Source of the DNA: Nostoc sp.
GTDB taxonomy: Bacteria > Cyanobacteriota > Cyanobacteriia > Cyanobacteriales > Nostocaceae
Reading direction: 5' to 3'
Length of the DNA stretch: 64,000 nt
Assembly (NCBI GenBank): GCA_036918135.1
Contig: JBALDB010000065.1
Coordinates: 32,001-96,000, forward strand
This document shows, piece after piece, positions 27,812-38,799 of this stretch (position 1 is the first letter of the stretch; each line of letters starts with the position of its first letter). A program made the translations under genes and the position numbers. The notes beneath the pieces are model-generated. The model saw only the letters and a program-made list of their open reading frames with translations. It was not told where the DNA came from and ran no database searches.

Positions 27812-28576
27812 ATGACCATAGCTCAAGAATTAGAATCTCAAGAAGGCATCCCTGGTGATGTTATTTTTCCGCCTGGTGATTTATATAGTGATGAACCTCC
27901 CTTGGAAACTGAACTACATTTACGGCAAATAATTTTACTTTTGACATGTCTAGAATGGCTGTGGCGAGACAGAAATGATTTTTATGCGGCTGGAAATTTG
28001 ACTATCTACTACAGTCCACGTCAACTCAAATCAGAATACTTTCGAGGCCCAGACTTTTTTGTAGTGTTGGGATGCAATCGCAAAACCCGTAAAAGTTGGG
28101 TAGTCTGGGAAGAAGATGGCAAATATCCAAATTTAATTCTAGAAATTTTGTCAGATTCAACGGCAAAGACAGACAGAGGTTTAAAAAAAGAAATTTATCA
28201 AGATACTTTCCGCACTTTAGATTATTTTTGGTTCGACCCATATACATTAGAATTTGCCGGATTTCATTTAGTAGATGGAGAATATCAACCTCTACAAGTA
28301 AATGAGCAAGGACATTTATGGAGTCAACAGTTAGAATTATATTTAGGAATTCATCAGGGACTATTGCGGTTTTTTACACCAGATGGGCAACTAGTACCAA
28401 CAGCTGAAGAAACAGCACAACAGACAGAACAAAGATTGGAACAAGCAGAACAAAACGCAGAACAGGCAGAACAAAGATTAGAACAAGCAGAACAAAAGGC
28501 AGAACAAGCAGAACAAAAAGCACAACGTTTGGCGGCAAAATTGCGAGAGTTAAATATTGACCCAGATACAATTTAG
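27812..28576 (+). CDS. Uma2 family endonuclease-like protein with AEQ-repeat coiled-coil tail
   Basis: SDEPPLETELH, GPDFFVV, RKSWVVWEEDGKYP, EILSDSTA, YFWFDP. Confidence 0.92.
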   Translation: MTIAQELESQEGIPGDVIFPPGDLYSDEPPLETELHLRQIILLLTCLEWLWRDRNDFYAAGNLTIYYSPRQLKSEYFRGPDFFVVLGCNRKTRKSWVVWEEDGKYPNLILEILSDSTAKTDRGLKKEIYQDTFRTLDYFWFDPYTLEFAGFHLVDGEYQPLQVNEQGHLWSQQLELYLGIHQGLLRFFTPDGQLVPTAEETAQQTEQRLEQAEQNAEQAEQRLEQAEQKAEQAEQKAQRLAAKLRELNIDPDTI

Positions 28577-28671
28577 ACTACTACGATCGCATGATATTTC
28601 ATACCTTGGATAATCAAGGAGTTAAATAGTTTGGTTTCACATCTTCATGTAAGAAAAAGGCAAACAGATAA

Positions 28672-28815
28672 ATGAAATACCGCAGGCATCACAACAACAA
28701 GGGTGAACGGCAAATTCGTTCCCACAAAACTTTAGAGCAAGTGCAGTATATAGCTCAACGCTTAGGAATTCCCTTTACTTTTTTAAAATCGTCTAAAAGG
28801 CGCGACAAGAATTGA
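28672..28815 (+). CDS. Possible small basic protein, 47 aa (not in ORF track)
   Basis: Hand-translated MKYRRHHNNKGERQIRSHKTLEQVQYIAQRLGIPFTFLKSSKRRDKN; fills the intergenic gap. Confidence 0.35.
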   Translation: MKYRRHHNNKGERQIRSHKTLEQVQYIAQRLGIPFTFLKSSKRRDKN

Positions 28816-28828
28816 TGCTATTTTATAT

Positions 28829-29950
28829 TTATGAAACGCTTGGTATTACAGAACGAACGGCGTTGATAAAATTTTGAGCATAACTGTGGGTTGAGAAATC
28901 GAGGGCGCGTTGTCGTGCTGCGACTCCAGCACTTTGGGCGAATTCTTGCTCGTCAAGATAGCGGAGAATAGCGATCGCTAATTTATCTGCATTGCCGTAA
29001 GGTGTTAATAGTCCATTGATGCCATCTGTAATAATCTCGGTTGGCCCGCCTGCATCGCCAGCAATCACGGGTTTAGAAAGCGCCATCGCTTCAATAATCA
29101 CAATGCCAAACGGTTCTTTATCGGATGCATGAACGAATACATCCATCGCCTGTACCCACTCTGGAATATTGCGCTGTAACCCAGCCATAATTACTTGCTC
29201 TTTCAAGCCTAAAGCGGCGATTTCTGCTTTTAAAAAGTCTTCATAATCTGGTTCAAAATCGTGCTTCCCGCCAACTATTACACAATGTGCATCGGGATAC
29301 TGCTGTAAAATTTTCGGCATTGCTTGTACCAATACGTGCATTCCCTTCCATCGTTGCAATCGTCCGACAATTCCAATCAACGGCCCGTGCAAAGGTAAGC
29401 CCAACTTTCGCCGTACTTCTTGAGGAGAAGGTAAAGCATTAGGTTCAAATCGCTCTAGTGCTACACCAGGATAAACCAAGGGTGTTGGTCTGTGCGGCCA
29501 AATCTGTGCTTGTGCTTGCTTACCATCTTCAGATAAAGTAATAATTGCCCGTGCTGGGATTAAAGTAGCAAGTCGCACCAACCAAGTTTTATCGCTAGGT
29601 ACTTCTAGCTGATACCACACAGCAGGTAACCCCGCCAACATTGCCGCCAAACCTCCAGATATATGCGTAATCCACATCCAATTGACGATTATATCTGCAT
29701 GTTCCTGGCGGGCGATCGCAGCTATCTGCAAAACAGCAGCAAAAAAACGGTGAATTTGGCGTAAACGTCCGATTTCTACAACTTGTGTATCAATGCCAAG
29801 GGACTTTACTTGTTCTACCATCGGGCCGTTTTCTAAAAATATTACTAGCCACTCCACACCAGCATTACGTCCCTGCTGCATCAAATCCCAAAGCATCATT
29901 TCACCCCCGCCTCGTTGTTCGGCTAGTGGCATTACAATAATTACTTTCAT
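28829..29950 (-). CDS. GT4 glycosyltransferase
   Basis: VGRLQRWKG, EPFGIVIIEAMA. Confidence 0.92.
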   Translation of the reverse strand: MKVIIVMPLAEQRGGGEMMLWDLMQQGRNAGVEWLVIFLENGPMVEQVKSLGIDTQVVEIGRLRQIHRFFAAVLQIAAIARQEHADIIVNWMWITHISGGLAAMLAGLPAVWYQLEVPSDKTWLVRLATLIPARAIITLSEDGKQAQAQIWPHRPTPLVYPGVALERFEPNALPSPQEVRRKLGLPLHGPLIGIVGRLQRWKGMHVLVQAMPKILQQYPDAHCVIVGGKHDFEPDYEDFLKAEIAALGLKEQVIMAGLQRNIPEWVQAMDVFVHASDKEPFGIVIIEAMALSKPVIAGDAGGPTEIITDGINGLLTPYGNADKLAIAILRYLDEQEFAQSAGVAARQRALDFSTHSYAQNFINAVRSVIPSVS

Positions 29951-29984
29951 AATTTAAACCTGTTTGTTAAAAGTATTTTTTCTC

Positions 29985-31412
29985 TTACTTTTGTTGATGA
30001 AGATAATATTTATGTCCTGCCATAGCCATAGCTAAAAATCCCCAAAGAATCATACCTGCTACACTCAACATGCCACTTCCAATAACTAGTTGTGTAGCAG
30101 AGCTAATACCAATGGCACGGGCAGCACTGATAAAACTATCAAAACGACCTTCACTATATTTGCTAACATTAATAATTAACAAGATTAATCCACCCATATA
30201 AAAGATGGCTCCAAACCAACCCAGGGTAAAAAACATATCTAAAATACCACTATCGATTACCACTACTTCGATTTGTCCGGTTTTTTCGTTGACTTTCCAA
30301 ATATTTCCTAATCCATTACCTAAAGCATTAGAAAGAGCTTGACTGAGATTTTTGTCGTAACTTTGGGATCTATCTTTAAAACTGTTATCTTCTTCTAAAT
30401 TAGAAAAAGTTTGCAACCGATCTGATACAACGTGAGAAATTGGCTCAATGGTTGTCAATGGTATAACACAAATTGCCATGACTACAATTATGGTTATTAA
30501 GCGCATTTGAATCCGGGTCTTGACTGAACCCATAATCATAATCACTCCTAATAACCAACCTCCCCAATTAGTACGGGCTTGTGTTAACAAAAACGATAAG
30601 TAACCAACAGCAGAAGCCGGAAAAATTAAACTTCCAGAACTGGTAAATAACAACAACAGCCCAGCTTGCATGACGGAACCAAAGGGGCCGACTGAGTGCA
30701 ATGTACTCCAAACGCGCATCCCAAAAGGCACGGGATTTCCGGAACTCATGAATAGTTTTGATTGTATCAGCCAGTACCTATCCCACTCAGGAGCGACAAC
30801 GAATTGATATACACCATAAGCTCCTAAAATTAACACACACCAAAGGAATGTTCGCTGAAGATTTTGGCGATAGCTGGGATAATCTCGCCAGTTAATAAAT
30901 AAGTGAAAAGCAAAAATCACCGGGCCGAGCCAATCCAATAAACCGCGTGCTACGGGGATTGGTGCGTTGTAAATTAAACCTACTAAAAAGCCGTAGAAGA
31001 CTCCGATAAAAGCCAAAACAAACGGCAAACCCCCCTGACGAGAGGCGCTTTTAAAGCATCGCAAAAAAGTTGCTATGGTGACAAACACCACTAAATATGG
31101 TGCAATCAGCATTTGACGGCTAGGGTCCCACCCCACCCGATAATCAACTAAACGGGTAGCTAAAGGTGTGAGAAAGCATATCCACCAAGTAAAGCCGATA
31201 TAAAGAATCGGATGGCGCAAGTATAAAAATACAGCTACTACTAAAGCTGTCACCGGAAAAATCGAGCGCAATGCAGCAGTAGCACCAGCAAAATAACAAA
31301 CTACAGTTAATAAGATAAATCCGGCGATCGCTATCCAACCCTGTAGCGATCGCTCTTGGGGAGAATAGTTTTCTTGCGAAAAACTATTAAAAAGTATCTG
31401 CTTATAAATCAT
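29985..31412 (-). CDS. Wzy/O-antigen-ligase-like polytopic membrane protein (hep island)
   Basis: Many TM helices, LLTQARTNWGG, GNGLG, DSGILD. Confidence 0.7.
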   Translation of the reverse strand: MIYKQILFNSFSQENYSPQERSLQGWIAIAGFILLTVVCYFAGATAALRSIFPVTALVVAVFLYLRHPILYIGFTWWICFLTPLATRLVDYRVGWDPSRQMLIAPYLVVFVTIATFLRCFKSASRQGGLPFVLAFIGVFYGFLVGLIYNAPIPVARGLLDWLGPVIFAFHLFINWRDYPSYRQNLQRTFLWCVLILGAYGVYQFVVAPEWDRYWLIQSKLFMSSGNPVPFGMRVWSTLHSVGPFGSVMQAGLLLLFTSSGSLIFPASAVGYLSFLLTQARTNWGGWLLGVIMIMGSVKTRIQMRLITIIVVMAICVIPLTTIEPISHVVSDRLQTFSNLEEDNSFKDRSQSYDKNLSQALSNALGNGLGNIWKVNEKTGQIEVVVIDSGILDMFFTLGWFGAIFYMGGLILLIINVSKYSEGRFDSFISAARAIGISSATQLVIGSGMLSVAGMILWGFLAMAMAGHKYYLHQQK

Positions 31413-31418
31413 TCAATA

Positions 31419-32345
31419 TCAATTACGAATTACGAATTCTTTATATCCTTGCCAACGTCCATGCCAAGATGCCAATAACTTTTTACTTGCTAAGTGTCCT
31501 TGTTTGGGTAAAAATCTCAGCCATTGTATTAAGCCTAAACTGTCGCCAGTTCCAACTAATATTGCCCAGAATAAAAATATAATTCGGCGGATAAATGGCA
31601 GATGTTCTAATAAAACTAAGGTTTCATTATGAACTAAATTAATCAAAGCAAGTTCGTTAAAGTTGTTTCGTAAATCTTCATCAAAACGTTGTGCTGGGTA
31701 GTGTTCTACAGCAACGTCAGGATCGTAGATTATCTTCCAACCAGATCGCTTTAGTGCCAGCGTGAATGCCATTTCAAAATGTACTTGCGCTCCTGTACCT
31801 CGCATTCGCTCGTCAAAGCGCAATTGGCCGATCGCTTGTTTGCGAAAACTCATGTTTACGCCTTTGAGAACATCGACTTCGCGGGGTTCTCCTACTCCCA
31901 GATGATGGTTGCCAATCACGCGCCCAAACCACTGCAACCGACCAACTATTAGGCGGGAGTCATCTTCTAGTTTGCTGCCATGATGTATCCAATCACGCCC
32001 ACCAAGACCGCCAAGGCGACTATCACAGGTAAAGTAAGCGGCGATGCGCTCTAACCAATCGGGATGGGGTGCAGCATCATCATCAGTAATGGAAAGAATA
32101 TCACCCTCCACCTCTGCCAATCCGGCGTTCAGGGCTGCTACTACGCCCGGTCGTGTGACTTTCACAGTTTGTAGTGGCAGGTTGTGTGCTTGGAATTGGG
32201 CGAGAAATTCCCAGGTTTGTGCATCCGTATCGCGGACAACCACTATCACCTGAGCGACTGGTTTAGTTTGCTCCTGTAGCGCCGAAAGGCAGCGTGAGAG
32301 GTCTTGTGGACGGCGATAAGTCGGTATGAGAACGGTGTTCCGCAT
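31419..32345 (-). CDS. GT2 glycosyltransferase
   Basis: VLIPTYRR, ITDDDA, KGVNMSFR. Confidence 0.9.
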   Translation of the reverse strand: MRNTVLIPTYRRPQDLSRCLSALQEQTKPVAQVIVVVRDTDAQTWEFLAQFQAHNLPLQTVKVTRPGVVAALNAGLAEVEGDILSITDDDAAPHPDWLERIAAYFTCDSRLGGLGGRDWIHHGSKLEDDSRLIVGRLQWFGRVIGNHHLGVGEPREVDVLKGVNMSFRKQAIGQLRFDERMRGTGAQVHFEMAFTLALKRSGWKIIYDPDVAVEHYPAQRFDEDLRNNFNELALINLVHNETLVLLEHLPFIRRIIFLFWAILVGTGDSLGLIQWLRFLPKQGHLASKKLLASWHGRWQGYKEFVIRN

Positions 32346-33465
32346 TCTTGCTTAACTCCTCGAATAAATCCACATAAGTTTGTGCCATAGTAGTCCAGCT
32401 GTGTTGTTCTGCCACAGAACGAGCAGCTTGTCCCATTTGTTGCATCAGCGGTTGTTTGCTCACTAAAGACATCAACGCCATTGCCAATGCATCGATATCA
32501 TCTGAGTTGGGTAAGACGATGCCGCATTCTGGTGTTACTAACTCTGCACCCCCGGTAGCTATGGCAGTAATTACTGGCAGTCCTGAAGCAAGCGCTTCTA
32601 ACAATACCAGGCTGCAAGCTTCATATCGGGAAGGAAAAATAAATAAATCTACTGATCGCATAATTTCGGGGATATCACGGCGAAATCCGACAAAATGCAC
32701 GCGCTCGTTTAACCCCAAGGAAGCGGCTAGCTGGGGAAAGGGACTATCTTCTATGTGACCCACCACAACTAAATGTAAATCGGGAACTTTCGCCAAGGCG
32801 TGCAGGATTGTATCTAGGTTCTTTCTGGGTGTGCGAATGTCTCCGGCGAATAGTGCCAAGGTGACATTTTCTGGTAAATCTAATTTTTGGCGATTGCTTT
32901 TACCAGGGGTAAACTCTTCTAGGTCTACTCCATTGACAATTACCCGAATGCGAGAACGGGGTACACCAATGTTAATTAATTCCTGGGCTACCTTTTCGGA
33001 TACGGCTACAACGACCCTAGCTCTTTGAAAAGCTTGTTTTTCCCAACGGGCGTTAAAAGCAGTAAATAGCCACTGATATAAACCATATAAATCTCGGCGA
33101 TTGCGGGAAATATGAACTGGCGATCGCAACCACGAACTGTGGACAAAATGTACAGCATTTACGTCAGCAGCAGCCATATTAATCGCACCATTGATTTTGA
33201 TTAAGTCAATGCTAGAGCGATGTTTGTGTAACCAATTTGCACTTTTTTGAGTAAAGATGAAATTCCGAATCAGTTCGGTGGGATAGCCTTTGACTAGAAT
33301 TTGAATCCAATCAACTTGAGTGTTATGTTCTAGTTCTGGTGCAATTTCACTGGCTAATAATGTCAGGTGATAACCACGACGGATTGCTTCTTGGGCAACT
33401 TCGTAGTTTACTCGACCTTGACCATCACCTTTTTTAATTTTATGGGTAATAATACAAAGTTTCAT
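32263..33465 (-). CDS. GT4 glycosyltransferase
   Basis: NGVDLEEF, RKNLD, YEACSLVLLEALASGLPV. Confidence 0.92.
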   Translation of the reverse strand: MKLCIITHKIKKGDGQGRVNYEVAQEAIRRGYHLTLLASEIAPELEHNTQVDWIQILVKGYPTELIRNFIFTQKSANWLHKHRSSIDLIKINGAINMAAADVNAVHFVHSSWLRSPVHISRNRRDLYGLYQWLFTAFNARWEKQAFQRARVVVAVSEKVAQELINIGVPRSRIRVIVNGVDLEEFTPGKSNRQKLDLPENVTLALFAGDIRTPRKNLDTILHALAKVPDLHLVVVGHIEDSPFPQLAASLGLNERVHFVGFRRDIPEIMRSVDLFIFPSRYEACSLVLLEALASGLPVITAIATGGAELVTPECGIVLPNSDDIDALAMALMSLVSKQPLMQQMGQAARSVAEQHSWTTMAQTYVDLFEELSKNAEHRSHTDLSPSTRPLTLPFGATGAN

Positions 33466-33581
33466 ACACTATTTTTTTAGGAAGAAAAGCTCACACACAG
33501 ACGCAGAGAGTTGAGGAGAGTTTTATTTGTGTTGTTTGTAGTTCATTAAAAATAACTATATAATTCATCACAGTTTATATA

Positions 33582-34565
33582 TTATTTCGAGAATCCTATT
33601 AATTTATTTGTGAAAATTCGTGGAGTAAAACTGAGAGTCAGTGCGGCAAGAGTTCGCAGATTAAATTTTTGTTTTTTCAACGCTTGCCAAAAATAAGGAC
33701 GTGCTGCGGCTATCTGTTCGTTTCGCAGTAAACCAATTCCTAATGTAGTATTAGCTTCTAACCATTTTTGTTGAAAGTGTATGCTAAATTCTTGTAGGCG
33801 AGTGTCTTCCATTAAGGCTCGATAACAAAATATTTCGTTTTTAGCTTTGCGAATTTTTGCTTGTACATCTCGACTACCGCTGAGCATAGTATCAGTTTGC
33901 TCGTGGGCACGATATCGCGTTAGTCTTTCTGGATAGTAGTAAGCACCATGACCAGATATACAGCAGAGATAGGTTAAATATAAATCCCACATTCCACCAA
34001 TTTCTAGAGGAATACTATCCCAATCAACAAAGTGATTACGAATTACACAAGACGCAGCAGTGGGTATGCTTTTATCTATCAATCCAATTTTGGAGAAAGG
34101 TTGATGAATTCCTGGTCTGAGTTTATCACGCTTGTAACCGCGTGTATTTTCTTCAGTTCCAATATGATTAATTATGCCATTTGCATCTATAATATATTGG
34201 TCGCAAAAAGCAAGAATTAAGTCAGGATTTTCTTCTAATGGTGGTACAAGTTTCGCTAAAAAGTCTTGATTCCACATATCATCGTCGTGAAGGCTAGTAA
34301 CGTATTTACCTTGCGCCATTTTGAAAGCATGTTGCTGATTAGCCAGCATACCGACGTTTTGCTCGTGTCGCCAAAATCGAATGCGTGAATCATTAAAAGA
34401 TGCGACAATGGCTTGGGGATTTTCGAGACTACAATTATCAGAAACAATAATTTCAATATTTTGATAAGTTTGTTGAACAGCGCTAGCGATCGCTTGCTTG
34501 AGATACTCTGGTCGATTATAAGTAGGGATAATAACGCTGACTAATGGTTGTTGATGCAATGACAT
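33582..34565 (-). CDS. GT2 glycosyltransferase
   Basis: VSVIIPTYNR, VSDNCS, LHDDD. Confidence 0.92.
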   Translation of the reverse strand: MSLHQQPLVSVIIPTYNRPEYLKQAIASAVQQTYQNIEIIVSDNCSLENPQAIVASFNDSRIRFWRHEQNVGMLANQQHAFKMAQGKYVTSLHDDDMWNQDFLAKLVPPLEENPDLILAFCDQYIIDANGIINHIGTEENTRGYKRDKLRPGIHQPFSKIGLIDKSIPTAASCVIRNHFVDWDSIPLEIGGMWDLYLTYLCCISGHGAYYYPERLTRYRAHEQTDTMLSGSRDVQAKIRKAKNEIFCYRALMEDTRLQEFSIHFQQKWLEANTTLGIGLLRNEQIAAARPYFWQALKKQKFNLRTLAALTLSFTPRIFTNKLIGFSK

Positions 34566-34596
34566 GTTTTTCTCTGTTAATTTCTTGAGGAATACT

Positions 34597-35772
34597 CTAT
34601 AATTTTTTATCTGAAGAATAAAATTCAGCTATTGTTTTTGCATAAATTGCTTGCAGGTTTTTTACATGAGTATCCATCGTAAATTTTTTCATCAATAAAG
34701 CATGACCTTGTACGCCCATATCTCGGCTTTTTTGATAATCTGTAGATAAAAAATTAATGGCTTGGGCTAGTTTTTTAATGTTATTACTGGGAACAAGAAT
34801 ACCCGTTTCTCCATCTTGTAAATGTTCGGGGATACCTCCGACTGCACTACCAATTACAGGTCGATAACGAGCGTATGCTTCGAGAGTTACAAGACCAGCA
34901 GGTTCAGGCCAAACACTGGGAAAAATAACTGCAAAACACTGTTGATACAGTTGATTTAATTGATGGCGATCGCACCAACCATGCCAAGTAATTCGGTTAC
35001 TCAATCCCAAGGTATTTGCTAATTTTTCTAAGCGTGGTCTTTCCCAACCTTCACCTGCGATATCAAGTTGAATTTGCGGGTTTGTATGTATTAAGGTTTT
35101 AATCAACCATTCTAAGCCTTTATCAGAAACAATCCGACCAACAAATAAAATTCTTTGATTTTGGTGGACTTCTAAATTTAGGGGTGCAGTTGGTATTTTT
35201 GGCAGAGAAATTCCACAGTGTACTGTGACGGTTTGCTCGGCTGGTATACCGTTTTTAATCAACTGTTGACGGACATATTCGCTATTAGCAATAAAAGTAA
35301 TTTTTAGCTTTTTTAATATATCTAAAAATTGCTGAGTACCTTGAATTTCTCTAAAAGTTCTTAAAGGTTTACGGCTACCACATTTATCTACTAATTTACC
35401 CCAGGTACATCCTAAATAAGAAAAGTTGCGCTCGCAGATTGTCCGTTCTCCAGCTAAATACTTTGTACCACTAGGACAATACAATGCATGATTATGAACG
35501 CTAAAAGCTGTAGGACATTCACCTGTAAGCTGCAATAGTAAATCTGGACTGTGGAGGTGCAGTAATTTGAACTGGCTTTGGTCAACATTATAGAGCGATT
35601 TAATCGCGCGATCGCTAATATCAGGCGAACAATGTTCAAATAGAGAACCTAAATAAGTTTCAACACCTCCGCCTTCACCTACTTCAAAATTGGAGCATTG
35701 ATAAATTAGGTTTTCTGGAAAAACTTCTCTGTGCAATTTATTTTGCTTGAAATTATTAATTATTTTAGGCAT
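34597..35772 (-). CDS. GT4 glycosyltransferase
   Basis: FVGRIVSDKG, WPEPAGLVTLEA. Confidence 0.92.
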   Translation of the reverse strand: MPKIINNFKQNKLHREVFPENLIYQCSNFEVGEGGGVETYLGSLFEHCSPDISDRAIKSLYNVDQSQFKLLHLHSPDLLLQLTGECPTAFSVHNHALYCPSGTKYLAGERTICERNFSYLGCTWGKLVDKCGSRKPLRTFREIQGTQQFLDILKKLKITFIANSEYVRQQLIKNGIPAEQTVTVHCGISLPKIPTAPLNLEVHQNQRILFVGRIVSDKGLEWLIKTLIHTNPQIQLDIAGEGWERPRLEKLANTLGLSNRITWHGWCDRHQLNQLYQQCFAVIFPSVWPEPAGLVTLEAYARYRPVIGSAVGGIPEHLQDGETGILVPSNNIKKLAQAINFLSTDYQKSRDMGVQGHALLMKKFTMDTHVKNLQAIYAKTIAEFYSSDKKL

Positions 35773-35840
35773 TAATTCTCAATTATTTATACATAATTAT
35801 TAATTTGATGGTTTGTATCTAGAAGCTCTGTTTCACCAAT

Positions 35841-36680
35841 TTATCTGCCAACATTAAACCAAAATTTATGTCTGACATCACTAACATAGTGTCTAAGAGC
35901 AATGTTTTTACTTGTAGATTTATCTGGATAGATAAACTGGTCTTCTACATTGAGAACATATTTTTTGGGGCATAGAGGTTGACCATGATTGTGATGCATT
36001 GTCAAATGTACAATTGTTTGTTCAGTAAAATAACTAGGAGCTTCTGGAAGATTTGCTAAACGTTTGATAGCAAAATTCCAGTCAAATTCATGTCTAAATA
36101 ATATGAATCCCCCATTGACTGGGTTTAATTTTTCAGACTCATCATAAATAATTCGTTTGTCTAGCGACATAGAACAATCAGGTAGATAAAGAGAGAATTT
36201 ATCATCTGAGTTACTTAAATCAATTAAGTCTATACCTCCAGGAAAAAATAAAATATCTGAATCGGTGTAAATTGTAGTTCCATTGATAGGAATTGACATT
36301 AACATCGACAATTTTTTACCCATTGGATGGAGTTGGGCATAATCAACAACACATTGAGGTAAATCTGTTCTCACGAAGTTTCGTAAAAGTACTACCTGAA
36401 CGCAGGGATGGATGCGACGGAGTAAATTACAACTAAAATCAGTGTAACTACCATCAGAAACTACTGTAAATGTATCTGGAATACCGACATGATGGATGAA
36501 TGAGCGAATACTTGCCACTTGTTCTGGTAAATCGCGTTCGCATGATAAAGCATAGACTTTTATCGCAACTTGCTGAGTTTGTTTTATCGGGATATTGACA
36601 ATTTGAGAAATCGCTGCCTTATATAGAGAACGATTAAATTTACCCTGAGTTTTAGCAGTATGATAGCCTAAATTTACCAT
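35841..36680 (-). CDS. Putative GT-A fold (GT8-like) glycosyltransferase
   Basis: IYTDSDILF (DxD), VNGGFIL, TEQT, RHY. Confidence 0.6.
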   Translation of the reverse strand: MVNLGYHTAKTQGKFNRSLYKAAISQIVNIPIKQTQQVAIKVYALSCERDLPEQVASIRSFIHHVGIPDTFTVVSDGSYTDFSCNLLRRIHPCVQVVLLRNFVRTDLPQCVVDYAQLHPMGKKLSMLMSIPINGTTIYTDSDILFFPGGIDLIDLSNSDDKFSLYLPDCSMSLDKRIIYDESEKLNPVNGGFILFRHEFDWNFAIKRLANLPEAPSYFTEQTIVHLTMHHNHGQPLCPKKYVLNVEDQFIYPDKSTSKNIALRHYVSDVRHKFWFNVGR

Positions 36681-36774
36681 TGATTTTTCCTTTTTCAACC
36701 TATAAGTAACTGACTCAAATAATCAATTCGTAATTAATGGATTACCTAGTTTGCTTATCACGCCCAGGCGAGTA

Positions 36775-38616
36775 TTACGAATTATAGTATTGCATTTGGT
36801 GATATTCCCAAAGCTTACCTTTGCGTCCAAGTAATTCTTGATATTTGCCTTGCTCTACTATCCGCCCTGCTTCCAATACCACGACTTTATCTGCTTTAGA
36901 AATAGTAGAAAGACGGTGAGCGATCGTAATTACTGTTCTGCCAACAGATAGCTTTTCTAATGAATCTTGAATTAAGCGTTCGGATACAGAATCTAAAGCG
37001 CTGGTTGCTTCATCCAAAATTAAAATTTCTGGGTTCCGTAGTAGCGCACGTGCAATAGCAATTCGCTGTCTTTGTCCTCCAGATAATCTAACACCTCTAT
37101 CTCCTAATTGGGTATTAAAACCTTCTGGCATTTCTAAAATAAATTCTAGTGCATTTGCTAATTTAGCAGCTTCTTGAATTTCATTATTTGTAGCTTCTTG
37201 AGTCCCATAACTAATATTCTGCCAAACCGTGGTATTGAAGATAAAAGTATCCTGACTGACAACAGCTATTTTGCGACGCAGGGAGTTAATTTCAAACAGT
37301 CGGATATCAATTTCATCGATAAAAATACTTCCCTCTGTGGCATTATAAAATCGGGGAATCAAATCTGCAAGGGTTGTTTTACCAGCACCAGAAGCTCCGA
37401 CTAAGGCTGTCATTTTTCCCTTTTCGATGGTTAAGGTAATATTATGCAACACCAAATTTTTATCGTCGTAGCCAAAATCTACAGATACTAAATTTATTGA
37501 CCTTTTTAACCCATTAAACTTAATATGTCCATTTTGAAAATAATTTTTATCATCACTTTTCAACAAATTTTTAATATTGTCTGCTGAACCGTGTAAAGTA
37601 CTGAGAAATGCTCTAGTACCATTAATATCTTGAACAAATGGGATAAAACGAAATAGTACAAAGAAAAATGTTAATAAAGAAGCAACTTGTAGCGTTCCAT
37701 TACTAACTAAACTAGTGAATGCCAAAATAATCATTCCCACCAATACCGTAGTAGCTACTCCTTCGGCAATTGGCTTGACAAGCGTCCAAGTGAAAACAAC
37801 TTTAGTTGTAGTACTTACTACTTTATCGCTAGCTCTGTAGTAACGCTGGCGCTCAAATTCTTGAGTACCATAAGAGTGAACGGTACGAATGCCATTAATA
37901 AATTCTACGGCTGTTGATGTAAAATTAGCATTAGCAGTTGTCATGCCAAAACTTGATTCTCTAACTCTGGCATTTAAATTTGATAATCCTACACCTAAAA
38001 GGGTAAATATTAATGCAGAAATCAGAGTTAGTTGCCATGATATCAAAAACATTGATATTAAGTAGACAAAAGTTGTTAGTCCTCTAGTAACTAAAAAGGC
38101 TCCAGCGCTGAAGCCTTGTCTTATCCTTTCGATTTCTGTGGTAATTGTGTTAATTAGTTCCCCAGAGCGAGTTTTTGCAAAGTAACTTAGCGATAATGCT
38201 TGTAGCTGTTCAAAAATTTGCTTACGTAAGCGATCGCCAAGATATAATTGAGATAATTCAATATAAACTTGGGCAAAATAATTGAAGGCAACGCGTAACC
38301 AAGTACTCAATAAAATCAGCGAAGATATCCGGTATAGACGATTAAGTGCGGATGTCTTAGCTCCCAAAATAAAAATATCAAACCATTCTATTCCTGTTTG
38401 AATAGGTTGAGCGTTTGGACTAGTTAAACTCTGTAAAAATGAGAGCAAGAAACCAATACTGACACCCTCAAATGTTGCTGCCAAAATTGAGAATATGAGA
38501 GCTAAAGTTGCTATTTTGCGAAAGTGTGTAAATTCTTGCAATATTAAATAGTTTTCCCGCCAGAAGCTTGTAGCTTTGAACAGATTGCTGATTGATTGAG
38601 GAAGTTTGAAAAGCAT
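36775..38616 (-). CDS. hepA: Heterocyst envelope polysaccharide ABC transporter
   Basis: ABC TM+NBD (GASGAGKT, LSGGQRQR); ATSFWRENYLIL N-terminus; directly downstream of the hepC-like gene. Confidence 0.85.
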   Translation of the reverse strand: MLFKLPQSISNLFKATSFWRENYLILQEFTHFRKIATLALIFSILAATFEGVSIGFLLSFLQSLTSPNAQPIQTGIEWFDIFILGAKTSALNRLYRISSLILLSTWLRVAFNYFAQVYIELSQLYLGDRLRKQIFEQLQALSLSYFAKTRSGELINTITTEIERIRQGFSAGAFLVTRGLTTFVYLISMFLISWQLTLISALIFTLLGVGLSNLNARVRESSFGMTTANANFTSTAVEFINGIRTVHSYGTQEFERQRYYRASDKVVSTTTKVVFTWTLVKPIAEGVATTVLVGMIILAFTSLVSNGTLQVASLLTFFFVLFRFIPFVQDINGTRAFLSTLHGSADNIKNLLKSDDKNYFQNGHIKFNGLKRSINLVSVDFGYDDKNLVLHNITLTIEKGKMTALVGASGAGKTTLADLIPRFYNATEGSIFIDEIDIRLFEINSLRRKIAVVSQDTFIFNTTVWQNISYGTQEATNNEIQEAAKLANALEFILEMPEGFNTQLGDRGVRLSGGQRQRIAIARALLRNPEILILDEATSALDSVSERLIQDSLEKLSVGRTVITIAHRLSTISKADKVVVLEAGRIVEQGKYQELLGRKGKLWEYHQMQYYNS

Positions 38617-38799
38617 AATTTTTTTTAACAATAATTTGGCACAGAAAAACTGAAAATTCAGAATTCACTAGTCAGAACTCAGAATAATTGGAAAATCTAG
38701 AATTGATAACACGGTTGCTTGATTTTATTCAAATTATTCAACTTGGATATCAAATTTTTGTAAATTCTAGATTCTGAATCCTGACGGTGAAACCATTAA

